In this document: positions 8,608 to 20,044 of the stretch, piece after piece
Layout of the letters: the number at the start of each line of letters is the position of its first letter
How positions within the stretch are numbered: position 1 is the first letter of the stretch
The notes under the pieces: model-generated
Database searches by the model: none
Told to the model about the DNA's origin: nothing
What the model saw: the letters and a program-made list of their open reading frames with translations, nothing else
Program-made: the position numbers and the translations under genes
Assembly (NCBI GenBank): GCA_003151625.1
Contig: PLYC01000010.1
Coordinates: 4,283-68,282, forward strand
Reading direction: 5' to 3'
DNA length: 64,000 nucleotides
Source: Candidatus Doudnabacteria bacterium
Lineage (GTDB): Bacteria; Patescibacteriota; Doudnabacteria; UBA920

Positions 8608-8904
8608 TTATATCCCACTACCTTCGTTAAATTCTTGAACGTCAGTGGCTCCTAACTGCATCCAGATTCGCGTTATATCCGCGACGCTATTTATCCCCAG
8701 TTTTTTTCCAATGTTTAACCTGTGTGATTTTATGCCTTCAGGGCCCACCCTCAATATCTCTGCAATAGCTTCTCTTCCTTTACCGGCTGCTATCCATCTC
8801 ATTACTTGTTTTTCAAATGGAGTCAGTTCCTTAAAACCCTCTTCTTCGGTTTTAGAAACATACAAATCCGGCTTAACTTCTAAGTCCATTTTTACTCTAC
8901 CCAT
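8608..8904 (-). CDS. LuxR/GerE-family helix-turn-helix protein encoded between atpD and atpC
   Basis: LTPFEKQVMRWIAAGKGREAIAEILRVGPEGIKSHRLNIGKKLGINS matches the LuxR-type HTH. The track ORF begins at 8934 overlapping the atpD 3' end; the real start is probably the internal Met near 8904. Confidence 0.55.
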   Translation of the reverse strand: MGRVKMDLEVKPDLYVSKTEEEGFKELTPFEKQVMRWIAAGKGREAIAEILRVGPEGIKSHRLNIGKKLGINSVADITRIWMQLGATDVQEFNEGSGI

Positions 8905-8908
8905 AAAT

Positions 8909-10626
<1,718 letters not shown>

Positions 10627-10628
10627 AT

Positions 10629-11630
10629 TTACTCCAGCGCGATTTTGCCTGCTGTAATCTCAGCAAGCTCGGTCGTTATTTTGTTTTGCCTTAACTTATT
10701 GTAGGTCAAAGTCAAATCGCTAATAAGGTCCCCGGCAGCTTCGGTGGCGTTTTTCATCATAACCATTCGGGCGGATTGTTCGGAGGCTTCGCTTTCCAGG
10801 ATGGTTTGGTAGATTTGGGATTCTATAATGCGGGGCAGAAGGTGTTTTAGGACTTCGGCGGGATTTGGCTCAAATAAATAGTCTGCGGTTTTCAGTTCAG
10901 AGTCTTTAGTGGGGGCGGAATTACTTGCGAATGGCAACAGTTGTTTAACCATCGGTTTTTGGACCAAAGTAGAAACAAAACGGTTGTAAAAAATTAAAAC
11001 TTTTTGATATTTGCCGGAAGAATATAAATTTGTAATAAGTTCCGCTATTGGGAAAATATCTTCCGTGGTAATAGTGCGGTCAAATTTTTCAAAATCGGCC
11101 AACACTTCTTTGTGCGAACGTATCATTACGTCCCGCCCTTTGCGTCCGTAAGTGATGAAGTCGGCTTCAAGCCGATGGGCACCATCGGTCTTGGAATTGT
11201 CCGGCTCCGACGGTGCCCATCGGACTTCAGATTCAATAGTTTTTTGCACCAAATTAAGCAAATTGCTATTCAAACTCCCCACCATTCCCCTATTGGTCGT
11301 TAAAATTAAAACCGCGATTTTTGTGGCTTTGGGATAGGATGTCATAAGCTGTGTCATCCCGGGCAGTAGCATCCGAGAGCTGGGGTCCAGGTCGGCTGAT
11401 TCTTGCAAAACATCAACGGCGTCTTGGCCCGGCGTTGCAATAGCGGCGGTTGACCCGGCTTCTATATCCAAAATCAGCTCCCAAGCCAAACTGGCGTAAG
11501 TTCTGCTCCGCATAGTCGCGTCCTGGCTCTTGCGCATTTTGGCCGCGCTGACCATTTGCATAGCCCGCGTCACCTTGCGTGTGCCGCTAATGGACTTGAT
11601 TCGAGTTTTAAGTTCTTTAATTCCGGGCAT
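10629..11630 (-). CDS. atpG: F1Fo ATP synthase gamma subunit (longer than usual; contains an in-frame palindromic insert)
   Basis: N-terminus MPGIKELKTRIKSISGTRKVTRAMQMVSAAKMRKSQ. The C-terminus is a typical gamma helix. 333 aa versus ~290 typical. Confidence 0.85.
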   Translation of the reverse strand: MPGIKELKTRIKSISGTRKVTRAMQMVSAAKMRKSQDATMRSRTYASLAWELILDIEAGSTAAIATPGQDAVDVLQESADLDPSSRMLLPGMTQLMTSYPKATKIAVLILTTNRGMVGSLNSNLLNLVQKTIESEVRWAPSEPDNSKTDGAHRLEADFITYGRKGRDVMIRSHKEVLADFEKFDRTITTEDIFPIAELITNLYSSGKYQKVLIFYNRFVSTLVQKPMVKQLLPFASNSAPTKDSELKTADYLFEPNPAEVLKHLLPRIIESQIYQTILESEASEQSARMVMMKNATEAAGDLISDLTLTYNKLRQNKITTELAEITAGKIALE

Positions 11631-11642
11631 AGATTTTAAAAT

Positions 11643-11867
11643 TTATCCGCCTATACATAATGGGCTTGATGCCCCAAAGAGCTCTAAACATTGCCTTCCT
11701 GCGTCAAAGGCGGCTGTTATAAAGAGTGCGATTCCTAAAGCGATAAGTAATAGCAGTAATATTTTGTTAAATGTTGATTTGGGAAGGAATTTACTAGCTA
11801 CTTTTAGTTGTATCCTGGCTTCTTTTCCGAGATCTTTGTCTCTAGGACTATTTGTTGATGAATCCAT
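11643..11867 (-). CDS. Small hypothetical membrane ORF between atpA and atpG
   Basis: 74 aa, one hydrophobic helix. Lies next to a hairpin-rich intergenic repeat, so it could be spurious. Confidence 0.25.
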   Translation of the reverse strand: MDSSTNSPRDKDLGKEARIQLKVASKFLPKSTFNKILLLLLIALGIALFITAAFDAGRQCLELFGASSPLCIGG

Positions 11868-12023
11868 ATACTATTGTTATCATTTTTTTAAATTTGTCCA
11901 TCCCGGCCGAGTGCATCCGAGAGCCGGGATCCAGATATATGCTAAGGTTCTGGATCCCGGACATTTTTTGCGGCTAGTGATAATCATCTGCGCAAAAAAT
12001 TCCGGGATGACACGCAAAGCGTG

Positions 12024-13523
12024 TCATTTAACTGTTTGCACAAACTGTTCAATCGCGGTTTTTAATTTGGCTTCTGTGGAATCGGAAAGTTCTTTAGTGG
12101 TCGCTATCTCGGACAAGACATCCTTGGCTTGTGTGGCCATATATTGATGGAAGACTTTTTCGGTTTCGGCCATTTTTTCCACGGGGATAGGGTTTAGGTA
12201 GCCGTTGTTGACCGCGTATAATATTGTAACTTCTTTCTCCAGAGAAAATGGCGTGTATTGCGGTTGTTTTAGGACTTCTGTCATTCTGCGGCCAAGGTCT
12301 AGGGTGCGCTGGGTTTCGGCATCAAGATCGCTGCCAAACTGTGCAAAGGCTTCCAATTCTCGGAATTGCGCTAGTTGCAGTTTTAATTTACCGGCAACTT
12401 TTTTCATAGCTTTAGTCTGCGCCGCTGAACCTACGCGCGAAACCGAAATACCTACGTTTAACGCCGGACGGATGCCTTTATAAAACAAATCGGTTTCCAA
12501 AAATATCTGCCCGTCGGTAATGGAAATAACGTTGGTTGGAATGTAAGCGGTAACATCTCCGGCCTGGGTTTCCACAATCGGCAGGGCTGTTATGGAACCG
12601 CCGCCAAAATCCTGGTTTAACTTTGCCGAGCGCTCCAGCAAACGGCTGTGGAGATAAAATACATCGCCCGGATAAGCCTCGCGTCCCGGAGGGCGGCGGA
12701 GCAGCAAGGAAATTTCACGGTAGGCAACGGCCTGCTTGGACAAATCATCATAAATAATCAAAACGTCTTTGCCTTGGTCCATAAAATATTCGCCCATAGC
12801 GCAGCCGGAGTAAGGCGCAATGTAAGACATAGCGGCAGGCTCGGAAGCGCCGGCAACAACTACAATGGTATACTCCATTGCGCCGTTTTCTTCCAAAGTT
12901 TTTACAATTTTGGCAACCTTGCTTTCTTTTTGGCCAATGGCAACATAAACACAAATCATATTCTGGCCTTTTTGGTTTATGATGGTGTCTATGGCCACGG
13001 CTGTTTTACCGGTTTGACGATCTCCGATGATCAATTCACGCTGACCTCTACCAATCGGAATAAGAGCATCAATGGCCTTAATACCCGTTTGCACAGGCTG
13101 TCTTACGCCCTGGCGGGTTATAACTCCGGGAGCAATTTTTTCCACCGGGTAAAATTTGTCAGTTTTTACCGATCCTTTACCGTCAATTGGCACCCCAAGA
13201 GCATTAACTGTGCGGCCGATAACGGCTTCACCTGCGGGGACAGACAAAATTTTTCCGGTTAAACGGACAGTGTCGCCAACTTTAATGTGCGTGTAATCGC
13301 CCAAAATAACGCTGCCGATGACGCTTTCTTCCAAGTTCAGCGCCACGCCGAATATGTTATTCCCGAAGTCTAACATTTCCATGCTGGCGGCATCTTTAAG
13401 TCCTGAAACTCGTGCCACGCCATCCCCCACTTCCAAAACCGTCCCGACTTTTTCAACTTTTACATCAGTTTGGAAAGCGGCAATTTTATTCTTAAGTTGT
13501 TCTACAATATTAGTGTTGGCCAT
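12024..13523 (-). CDS. atpA: F1Fo ATP synthase alpha subunit
   Basis: [18 protein letters not shown] Walker A, 499 aa. Confidence 0.95.
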   Translation of the reverse strand: MANTNIVEQLKNKIAAFQTDVKVEKVGTVLEVGDGVARVSGLKDAASMEMLDFGNNIFGVALNLEESVIGSVILGDYTHIKVGDTVRLTGKILSVPAGEAVIGRTVNALGVPIDGKGSVKTDKFYPVEKIAPGVITRQGVRQPVQTGIKAIDALIPIGRGQRELIIGDRQTGKTAVAIDTIINQKGQNMICVYVAIGQKESKVAKIVKTLEENGAMEYTIVVVAGASEPAAMSYIAPYSGCAMGEYFMDQGKDVLIIYDDLSKQAVAYREISLLLRRPPGREAYPGDVFYLHSRLLERSAKLNQDFGGGSITALPIVETQAGDVTAYIPTNVISITDGQIFLETDLFYKGIRPALNVGISVSRVGSAAQTKAMKKVAGKLKLQLAQFRELEAFAQFGSDLDAETQRTLDLGRRMTEVLKQPQYTPFSLEKEVTILYAVNNGYLNPIPVEKMAETEKVFHQYMATQAKDVLSEIATTKELSDSTEAKLKTAIEQFVQTVK

Positions 13524-13551
13524 AAGAGATTTAAGACTAAGGATTTAAAAA

Positions 13552-13839
13552 TTAAGTGTTAATTTTGTTGGTGGTATCAATTTTTCGATTTCTTATTTTT
13601 AGTCTAATCAGTTTTATTGATAAAACAAGAGTAATCATTCCCAATATGAAAGTTGGTAAAAAAGTGGCAAAGTACCCGATAGAATATTGTAATGAACTCA
13701 ATGAATTATTTGGGGCATTCGTTAAACGATTAAAATTAATAATGGTGAGCACCGCGAATATAATTGTCAAAATTAGACTTACCAGCCATACATTATTCCA
13801 GGCAGATTTGAAAAATTGAATTAAGGATTGCGTCTTCAT
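13552..13839 (-). CDS. Small membrane protein between atpH and atpA
   Basis: 95 aa with two predicted TM helices. Confidence 0.35.
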   Translation of the reverse strand: MKTQSLIQFFKSAWNNVWLVSLILTIIFAVLTIINFNRLTNAPNNSLSSLQYSIGYFATFLPTFILGMITLVLSIKLIRLKIRNRKIDTTNKINT

Positions 13840-14247
13840 TTACAATTTTAATTGCTTATTTAAATTATTCAACTGTGTTTTTATGCTTGCGTCGATTAGT
13901 GTGTCGTCGACTCTTACTATTACTCCGCCGATTATGGATTCGTCAATTTTTTGCTTTATCTCGAGCTTGGAATGGAGGCCGGTGGCCTCCGCTACGGAAT
14001 TTAATTGTTCGATTAGGCTTCGATTTATCTCGGATTCTTTTGCTACTGTGACTTCCGCTTCTTTTATACCCTGTGATTCTAGTTTTAGTTTGCGGAATTC
14101 GGCGTCTATTTCGTCGTATTTCCCCAAATCCCCATTCTGCGCCAAAATTTTAACAAAATTATCCAGGACCTTGTCGTGGTCTTTAGGATTTGTTTCAGTC
14201 GTTGCTTCAAACAGCGCCTGGGCGTATTGTTGGGAGGTTAATTTCAT
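13840..14247 (-). CDS. atpH: F1Fo ATP synthase delta (OSCP) subunit, short form
   Basis: Position in the operon, and OSCP-like C-terminus GGVIVRVDDTLIDASIKTQL. Confidence 0.7.
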   Translation of the reverse strand: MKLTSQQYAQALFEATTETNPKDHDKVLDNFVKILAQNGDLGKYDEIDAEFRKLKLESQGIKEAEVTVAKESEINRSLIEQLNSVAEATGLHSKLEIKQKIDESIIGGVIVRVDDTLIDASIKTQLNNLNKQLKL

Positions 14248-14516
14248 AATAAGCGTATTAAATTTTCTGCTTGGGGGCGGTATTCGGGCCGTATGGTTCC
14301 AAAAAGCTCAACGAGGTGTTTTGATGAGTCAAGTTTAAGTTCAGGATCATATTTGGCCAAATATTCTTGGAGGGCTAAAAAAATTTGCCAGCTATTAGGC
14401 ATGCCACTAAGATCTAGAATCCTTTCCTTAATATCCTCACAAATTTTCTCCCGAGCTATGGACTCATTAGGGATTGGTTGCTCTCGTCCAAAAAATTTTC
14501 CAAAAAGGACGCCCAT
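14244..14516 (-). CDS. Hypothetical protein between atpF and atpH
   Basis: 90-aa ORF with protein-like composition, overlapping the atpH start by 4 nt. Confidence 0.4.
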   Translation of the reverse strand: MGVLFGKFFGREQPIPNESIAREKICEDIKERILDLSGMPNSWQIFLALQEYLAKYDPELKLDSSKHLVELFGTIRPEYRPQAENLIRLL

Positions 14517-14517
14517 A

Positions 14518-15081
14518 TTATTTTACCAACCCTAAGGACTCCTTAATATATTCCTGATCGACTTTTGAGTCCAATTTCTTCCTCAAAATCTTCTCCGTAG
14601 CATTGATAACCAAATCGGCCAGTTCGCCTTTGGCATCCTGTAGGGCTTTGTTCTTCTCCGATTCTATTTGAGTCTTGGCTTGGTCAACCAGTTTTTGCTG
14701 ATCTTGCTTGGTTTGATCCAGTATTGCCTGTTTTGCGTTGCCTGCTTCGGTTTGGGCGGCTGTTACTATAGAAGAAGCTTCTGTTCTGGCTTTGCCCATT
14801 TCGGCTTGGCGCCAAATATCGAATTCTTTTTTCTCTTTTTCTATCCGATCCGCGTCGGTTAAGGACTTTTCTATCCGTTCTGTCCTGGCCTGCATAGCCT
14901 TGGTTACGCCCGGCAGTATCCATTTCCAAAAAATAAGCAGTAAAATGCCAAAGTTAATTAACTGGGCAATAAAAAATTTAACGTTTAAACCTAACACGGC
15001 AATACCGCCGGAACTGGCAGCCGCCTCTTGCGCGTGGGCGACAGGGATAATAAGTTGTGAAATTTGGTTAAGATCAATCAT
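14518..15081 (-). CDS. atpF: F1Fo ATP synthase b subunit
   Basis: Single N-terminal TM helix followed by a long charged coiled-coil. Confidence 0.8.
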   Translation of the reverse strand: MIDLNQISQLIIPVAHAQEAAASSGGIAVLGLNVKFFIAQLINFGILLLIFWKWILPGVTKAMQARTERIEKSLTDADRIEKEKKEFDIWRQAEMGKARTEASSIVTAAQTEAGNAKQAILDQTKQDQQKLVDQAKTQIESEKNKALQDAKGELADLVINATEKILRKKLDSKVDQEYIKESLGLVK

Positions 15082-15124
15082 TGTGAATCTGATTAAGTTT
15101 CAAAAGCGGGGGTTGTAAGGATTA

Positions 15125-15248
15125 CCGCGGAGCTTCCCTCCCCTGCTGAGGGGAGGGTTAGGGAGAGGTTGTACCTTATATGACTGCGACCTCTCTGTCT
15201 CTCGGCTGCACTCGAGACATCTCCCCTCAAAGGGGAGAGCTCCGCGGT
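15125..15248. repeat. GC-rich compound palindrome in the atpE-atpF spacer
   Basis: ccgcggagcttccctcccctgctgaggggaggg ... tctcccctcaaaggggagagctccgcgg. The outer arms ccgcggagc/gctccgcgg enclose two perfect local hairpins. Confidence 0.7.
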
Positions 15249-15283
15249 GTTGCTGATAAATCTACAACCCGCCAATCTGAAAC

Positions 15284-15502
15284 CTAAAGAGTAAACGTAA
15301 CCACTAAAGCGTAAATCGCGATAGCTTCGGCAAAAGCCATACCAAGCAACAGCGGTACGAACAATTTGTCCGCGCTTTCAGGGTTGCGGCCAATGCTTTC
15401 CATGGCTTTGCTGGCCGTTCTGCCAATGGCAATGGCCGGAGCGGCGCCGCCGATGGCAATAGTCAGGGCTTTGGCCAAAACTGTCATAGTTTGGGCATCC
15501 AT
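15284..15502 (-). CDS. atpE: F1Fo ATP synthase c subunit
   Basis: Two-helix hairpin proteolipid ..GRNPE..LLLGMAFAEAIAIYALVV, 72 aa. Confidence 0.9.
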   Translation of the reverse strand: MDAQTMTVLAKALTIAIGGAAPAIAIGRTASKAMESIGRNPESADKLFVPLLLGMAFAEAIAIYALVVTFTL

Positions 15503-15668
15503 AGTGTTTTCCTTTTGTCACATTTGGTCGACAGTTTAAGTTTGGGTTTAATGTCGCCGAGTGTGAGAGTTAATTAATTGACACAAATGACAGGATTTAA
15601 ATGATTGACATTATTTAACCGCAGTTATTCCGTCAATTTTGTTCAATCTTGTCATTCTTGCCAATTCC

Positions 15669-16529
15669 CTAAATTGCTTCCACCTCGCTGACCTCAATTT
15701 CCTGATGGTTTTCTTCAACATGGCCGTGAATTTCCGATGTCGCTATGCTTAAGTATACCAAAGTAAGCATCGAAAACACGGTGGCCTGGACAATGCCCAC
15801 TATTAATTCCAGCAACATAAATGGAATTGGAATTAAAAACGCGCCATAGCCCGCAATTAAGGAAGCCAAAACAGTAAGCAGAACTTCGCCGGCAAAAATA
15901 TTGCCGAATAACCGCAAAGAAAGCGAAACCATTTTGGCGACTTCGGAAAAAACTTCTATAAGCCCGACAAAAAATTCAATAAAAGCCACCAAAATTTTAA
16001 TCGGGCTTAAGCTTTTAATTGCCTGATAAATATCGCCAAACTTAATGAACTTGTTGGCGTATTTAAAAAATCCGATGGTAAAAATCCCCAAAATGTGGCT
16101 GGCGACAACCGCAAATACGGCCATAGCCAAAGTTAAATTTAAGTCGGTATTGGCCGGCCGCAAAATCGGTAAAAATTCGCCGCCGCGATAAAGTCCAAAA
16201 CTGCCGGTGCCGGGAAGCAGGCCGACCCAGTTGGAAAATAAAATGAAAAAGAACATCCCGCCGACAATGGGCAAAAACTTCATGGTTTTTTTGCGGTCAT
16301 GGGTTACGCCGTCAATATAGCCTAAAACAAATTCTATGAGGTACTCAAAGAAGTTAACCAAGCCTTTGGGCGCGCCTGTCGCGTAATACTTCTTTGCGCT
16401 CCTATTCAAAAAGTAGGCAAACACCGCAAAAACGACCACGCCCAGTGTGGAGTTAATATAGGCGTTTGTAATCGGAAAAGATCCGATGTGGAATATAGGT
16501 TCTGCAGCTAACGGAGGGAGGGAAAGCAT
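15669..16529 (-). CDS. atpB: F1Fo ATP synthase a subunit
   Basis: LSLRLFGNIFAGEVLL, with the conserved Arg of the a subunit. Confidence 0.9.
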   Translation of the reverse strand: MLSLPPLAAEPIFHIGSFPITNAYINSTLGVVVFAVFAYFLNRSAKKYYATGAPKGLVNFFEYLIEFVLGYIDGVTHDRKKTMKFLPIVGGMFFFILFSNWVGLLPGTGSFGLYRGGEFLPILRPANTDLNLTLAMAVFAVVASHILGIFTIGFFKYANKFIKFGDIYQAIKSLSPIKILVAFIEFFVGLIEVFSEVAKMVSLSLRLFGNIFAGEVLLTVLASLIAGYGAFLIPIPFMLLELIVGIVQATVFSMLTLVYLSIATSEIHGHVEENHQEIEVSEVEAI

Positions 16530-16555
16530 TGAGAGATATTAGTTGATATTTTTGT

Positions 16556-16607
16556 CCAATAGGCACCATTGGCTTAGGAAATTCCGATGACCAATGGTGC
16601 CTATTGG
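16556..16607. promoter_or_regulatory. Perfect 17-bp inverted repeat with 18-nt spacer between atpZ-like and atpB
   Basis: ccaataggcaccattgg-N18-ccaatggtgcctattgg. Confidence 0.5.
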
Positions 16608-16619
16608 CTGATGACAAAA

Positions 16620-16877
16620 TCACTTCATCAAATCTTTTACTTCCTTAATCTTTTTAAAAATTAAGTACCAGCTTAAGCCCAAAGCGAGAAAAATTCCTAT
16701 TAAAACAAAAAATTTATGGTGATATTTGGCATCGAGCCATTCCCCACCGTAAATAAAAGCAAACAATGGGATAGCCAGGTACAGAGCAAAGTCCAGTCCA
16801 ATTCCGACTAATTGTGACCAAAGTTGGGCTTTTCGGGCTTTACTTTCTTGGCTTTCCTTATTTTCCTGGTTTTCCAT
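16620..16877 (-). CDS. AtpZ/AtpI-like small membrane protein preceding the atp operon
   Basis: 85 aa with two TM helices, immediately upstream of atpB. Confidence 0.45.
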   Translation of the reverse strand: MENQENKESQESKARKAQLWSQLVGIGLDFALYLAIPLFAFIYGGEWLDAKYHHKFFVLIGIFLALGLSWYLIFKKIKEVKDLMK

Positions 16878-17044
16878 TGGAACGCGATTAGATTAACAAA
16901 ATTAGGCAGTTTTGGCAAGAGTGGCGATTTTTCGGGGGGTTGACAAAATGAGATTTGTCACGGCTGGCTTCAATTATCGTGGGTGGTCGTAGCCCTTTAG
17001 GGCGCAGACCACGAGCGGATCCCGCCTTGGCGGGACGAGTCGAG

Positions 17045-17120
17045 TGGAGCCGGCTGTCGGACTTGAACCGACCACCTGCGGTTTACGATACCGCTGCTCT
17101 ACCAGATGAGCTAAGCCGGC
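17045..17120 (-). tRNA. tRNA-Thr (CGT), CCA encoded
   Basis: Minus-sense gccggct-ta-gctcatctggtagagc-a-gcggt-atCGTaa-accgc-aggtg-gtcgg-ttcaagt-ccgac-agccggc-t-cca. Overlaps the spurious track ORF 16955..17149. Confidence 0.8.
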
Positions 17121-17145
17121 TTGATTTTGAATTAAATTGCAGAAA

Positions 17146-18027
17146 TTAAAAGGGCACTACTTCAAACTTTAGCTTCCGCCCAAACAACCTTTTTGCCACT
17201 TCGCCGAACTCGCGGTTGTACTTGGTTACTAAAAAAGTCCGTTGATGATGCTTGGAAAGCTTTTTGCTAATTTCGGGATGACGCTTAAGGTAGTTAGACA
17301 ACTTCCCGGGCAAAAAATCTGTTTGGGAAACAACTTTGATATTTTTACCAACAAGCTTTTTTATCTGCTGTTCTAAAATTGGATAATGGGTACAACCCAA
17401 AATTAGCGCTTCAATATTGTGTTTAAGAAGCGGCTGTAAGTATAATCCTAGCGTTTTTTCGGCTAATTGTAAAGAATTCCTTTCAATTAGAGGCACCAGT
17501 TTAGGCGCTGCCACTTCAAAAATTTTTGCTTTAGCGTCAATTTTAATTAGCTCTTTTTTGTAAATATGCGACCGAATAGTCGCGCTCGTGCCAATAACCC
17601 CAATTATTTTACGCTTATGATTTTTATCCGCCTCTTCCAAAGTCGGAATCACGACTCCCAAAACGCGTTTGCCCGGATAAAATTTTGGCAAATACTCCTG
17701 TTGGATTTTGCGTAAAGCCAAAGCCGAGGCCGTATTACAGGCCAGAATTACTAGTTGGCAATCCTGGTCAAACAGGTATTTTATCGCACGACTTGTATAC
17801 TTGTATACTTGCCCGGCCGACTTATTTCCATAAGGGAGCCATTTTGTGTCGCCCAAGTATACGTAGTCGTAACTGGACAAATTTTTTCCGCCAGAGGCGG
17901 GTCCGCCCGCTTCGCTCTCGCGAATGCGAGGCGAGCCTTTGGCGGAAAAAATCGCTTTGGCAATAACCAAACCTCCAAGACCGGAATCAAAAATTCCGAT
18001 TTTTCCTTCTGATATTATGTTTTTCAT
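17146..18027 (-). CDS. murI: Glutamate racemase (contains an in-frame palindromic insert)
   Basis: GIFDSGLGGL, YLGDTKWLPYG, ILACNTAS, LGCTHYP. An extra segment SAKGSPRIRESEAGGPASGGKNL is encoded by a GC-rich palindrome. Confidence 0.85.
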   Translation of the reverse strand: MKNIISEGKIGIFDSGLGGLVIAKAIFSAKGSPRIRESEAGGPASGGKNLSSYDYVYLGDTKWLPYGNKSAGQVYKYTSRAIKYLFDQDCQLVILACNTASALALRKIQQEYLPKFYPGKRVLGVVIPTLEEADKNHKRKIIGVIGTSATIRSHIYKKELIKIDAKAKIFEVAAPKLVPLIERNSLQLAEKTLGLYLQPLLKHNIEALILGCTHYPILEQQIKKLVGKNIKVVSQTDFLPGKLSNYLKRHPEISKKLSKHHQRTFLVTKYNREFGEVAKRLFGRKLKFEVVPF

Positions 18028-18045
18028 GTTTAGAGAAATTACAGG

Positions 18046-19800
18046 TTACTGCACTAAAGTTTTAGCCGTAGGATTAGTTGGGAAAAAACTTCCAAGAAGC
18101 CCCTCTAACATTTGCATTAAATCAATCGGATTTTCCGGCGCGGTCAAAGTTTGTGTCTTTCCAAAATTGTAAACTGTTTCATCTATTACAAGCGGGGAAT
18201 TAAATTTTAAGCTGTCAATTTTGGCCTGAATGTTTTTGGCACCAGCGAGTTTGCTGTTTACGCATAAATTCGGGGTCGCGGGGCAAGCGACATTTCCCGC
18301 TATCCCGGAAGGCGTTGCCATGCCAATTCCGGCTCCAAATCCGCCTGTAGCCTCTCCCAAACAAAAAGTTAAAGTAAAAGATGTATAAAGTTTCATGCCG
18401 TTTTTGGTAAATTGAGTGCCTTTATTTTTGTACCAATAGCCGTTAAAATAGTCTGTACAGGTTCCGTCTAGCGGAGTCGGAGCGACAGGCCAGGATGCAA
18501 TGTAAGTCGGTATTAATCCTTGAGGAATTCCCATTTTTCCTTCTGGGTAACCGCCGTGATCGTTGTAATACAGTTGTAGCGCCTGATTTAACTGTCTGGC
18601 ATCGGTTAGCCTCGTGGCGTCACGCTGTTTTGCTAAGGACCCGTCTAAAGCGGGAATAGAACTGTAAAAATTTGGGTCGCTTAAGTCCTGCACCGACGGG
18701 ACATTGAACGACAAGTGTATTTGATAAAGTTCGGAATCTTTTTGGCCAATCCAAATGTCGCCTTCTTTTAGAGTCAATTTTCCCAGCAGAGAATTAACTT
18801 CATTTTTTTGGGCATCGCTAACTTTCTCGCCTGTAAAACCGGGGTCATTTTGAATTAAGTCAACGGCCTGCCCAACGGTTTTTATCAGAGCCTGGTTGTC
18901 TAAGGTCAATTTTAAGTGGTATGTCGGTATGCCTTTAATGGACTCTTTTGCAAAAAAGTTTGTTGGGTAAATAATTTTCGCATTTACAATTAAATCATGG
19001 AGCTTGGTTTTAAGCTCCTGATTTTCCCACAAATTGTTAAGCGACTGGTCGGTAGTAGTGGAGTGGGCGCTTAAATATTTTTGCATTTGGCCCAAATCCA
19101 ACTTAACCCAATCGGAGCCAAGGCTTTTTAACATACTGACTTTACTAATGTTAAAGTACAAAATGTTATTTAATAATAAATATTGCAAATTTACGCTGGC
19201 GCTGCCGGCGGCGGATTTCATCCCCAAAGTAAAGGCGTTGCCCGATTCACTACTGCTGGCATTTTGGCCGTTGTAATAGGCGCTCCCACTTAAGGTCAAA
19301 GCCGTTGCTTCGGTGGAAGAAGCTTCAGTGTATGAATAAGTCAGCGAGTAGTCGGATTGATAAACCGCCGGGGGCTTAACAGCTAAAAATTTATTAAAAA
19401 TTGAGGCCGGGGTTAAATATACAAACTTATAATAGCCGAAGGCTGAACTTCCAAGAACTAAAAGTATCACAACAACCAGCCAAAGAACCTTATTTTTCAA
19501 AAATGATTTTCTGACCGGCTTATTTTCAATACTCTGTTCATTGACGGCAACAGTGGTGTGGGTATTTTGAAAAGCGGACGGTTGCGGCCTAAAGTCCGGT
19601 CTTTGCGAACTGGGATAGCCGGCTACCTGCGGAGACGAGCCGCCACTTCCCGAATGCGTATCGGCAGCTTTGGACATTACAAAACCTTGTTCAACCACTC
19701 CCGCGTCCCAGCCGGCATTAAGTAAATTTTGTTTAATTTCAAAATCTGCCAATCCGTGCTTTTGCGCTTGTAAAATATAATCCACAATTTCTTTATCCAT
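18046..19800 (-). CDS. Large membrane-anchored protein with a C-terminal pseudopilin (GspG)-like domain
   Basis: One TM helix (VLWLVVVILLVLGSSAFGYY). The C-terminal TDARQLNQALQLYYNDHGGYPEG resembles the post-helix region of type II secretion pseudopilins. 584 aa. Confidence 0.4.
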   Translation of the reverse strand: MDKEIVDYILQAQKHGLADFEIKQNLLNAGWDAGVVEQGFVMSKAADTHSGSGGSSPQVAGYPSSQRPDFRPQPSAFQNTHTTVAVNEQSIENKPVRKSFLKNKVLWLVVVILLVLGSSAFGYYKFVYLTPASIFNKFLAVKPPAVYQSDYSLTYSYTEASSTEATALTLSGSAYYNGQNASSSESGNAFTLGMKSAAGSASVNLQYLLLNNILYFNISKVSMLKSLGSDWVKLDLGQMQKYLSAHSTTTDQSLNNLWENQELKTKLHDLIVNAKIIYPTNFFAKESIKGIPTYHLKLTLDNQALIKTVGQAVDLIQNDPGFTGEKVSDAQKNEVNSLLGKLTLKEGDIWIGQKDSELYQIHLSFNVPSVQDLSDPNFYSSIPALDGSLAKQRDATRLTDARQLNQALQLYYNDHGGYPEGKMGIPQGLIPTYIASWPVAPTPLDGTCTDYFNGYWYKNKGTQFTKNGMKLYTSFTLTFCLGEATGGFGAGIGMATPSGIAGNVACPATPNLCVNSKLAGAKNIQAKIDSLKFNSPLVIDETVYNFGKTQTLTAPENPIDLMQMLEGLLGSFFPTNPTAKTLVQ

Positions 19801-20044
19801 AAGTTTTGATTTTAGAACTCATATTAAAAATAATTTGTAGGCGAAATTCCAGGATTTTAAGCGGGTTGGCTCTTAATAAATTTTGTCGTACCAGAGGTAG
19901 ATCCGCCTCCGGCGAAACGTTTAGCCGAAGCTAAGCGGCCGTTCGAGGCTCTGAGGAGCCCTCAGACTCCCGAAGAGATAAATTTTTAAGGCCAAGGCGC
20001 CAAAATGCTGGAATTGCAGCCCGAAGTATTTTTAAAATGGGTTC

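Noticed and set aside
12648-13262. 204-aa plus-strand ORF, and other long antisense ORFs inside atpA, secA (52787..53416), lepA and pepN
   Set aside because: Antisense to highly conserved genes with unambiguous motifs. These are typical shadow ORFs in low-GC DNA.
15093-15275. 60-aa track ORF in the atpE-atpF spacer
   Set aside because: It is the GC-rich compound palindrome read as protein.
16955-17149. 64-aa plus-strand track ORF
   Set aside because: Overlaps tRNA-Thr and its downstream hairpins on the opposite strand.
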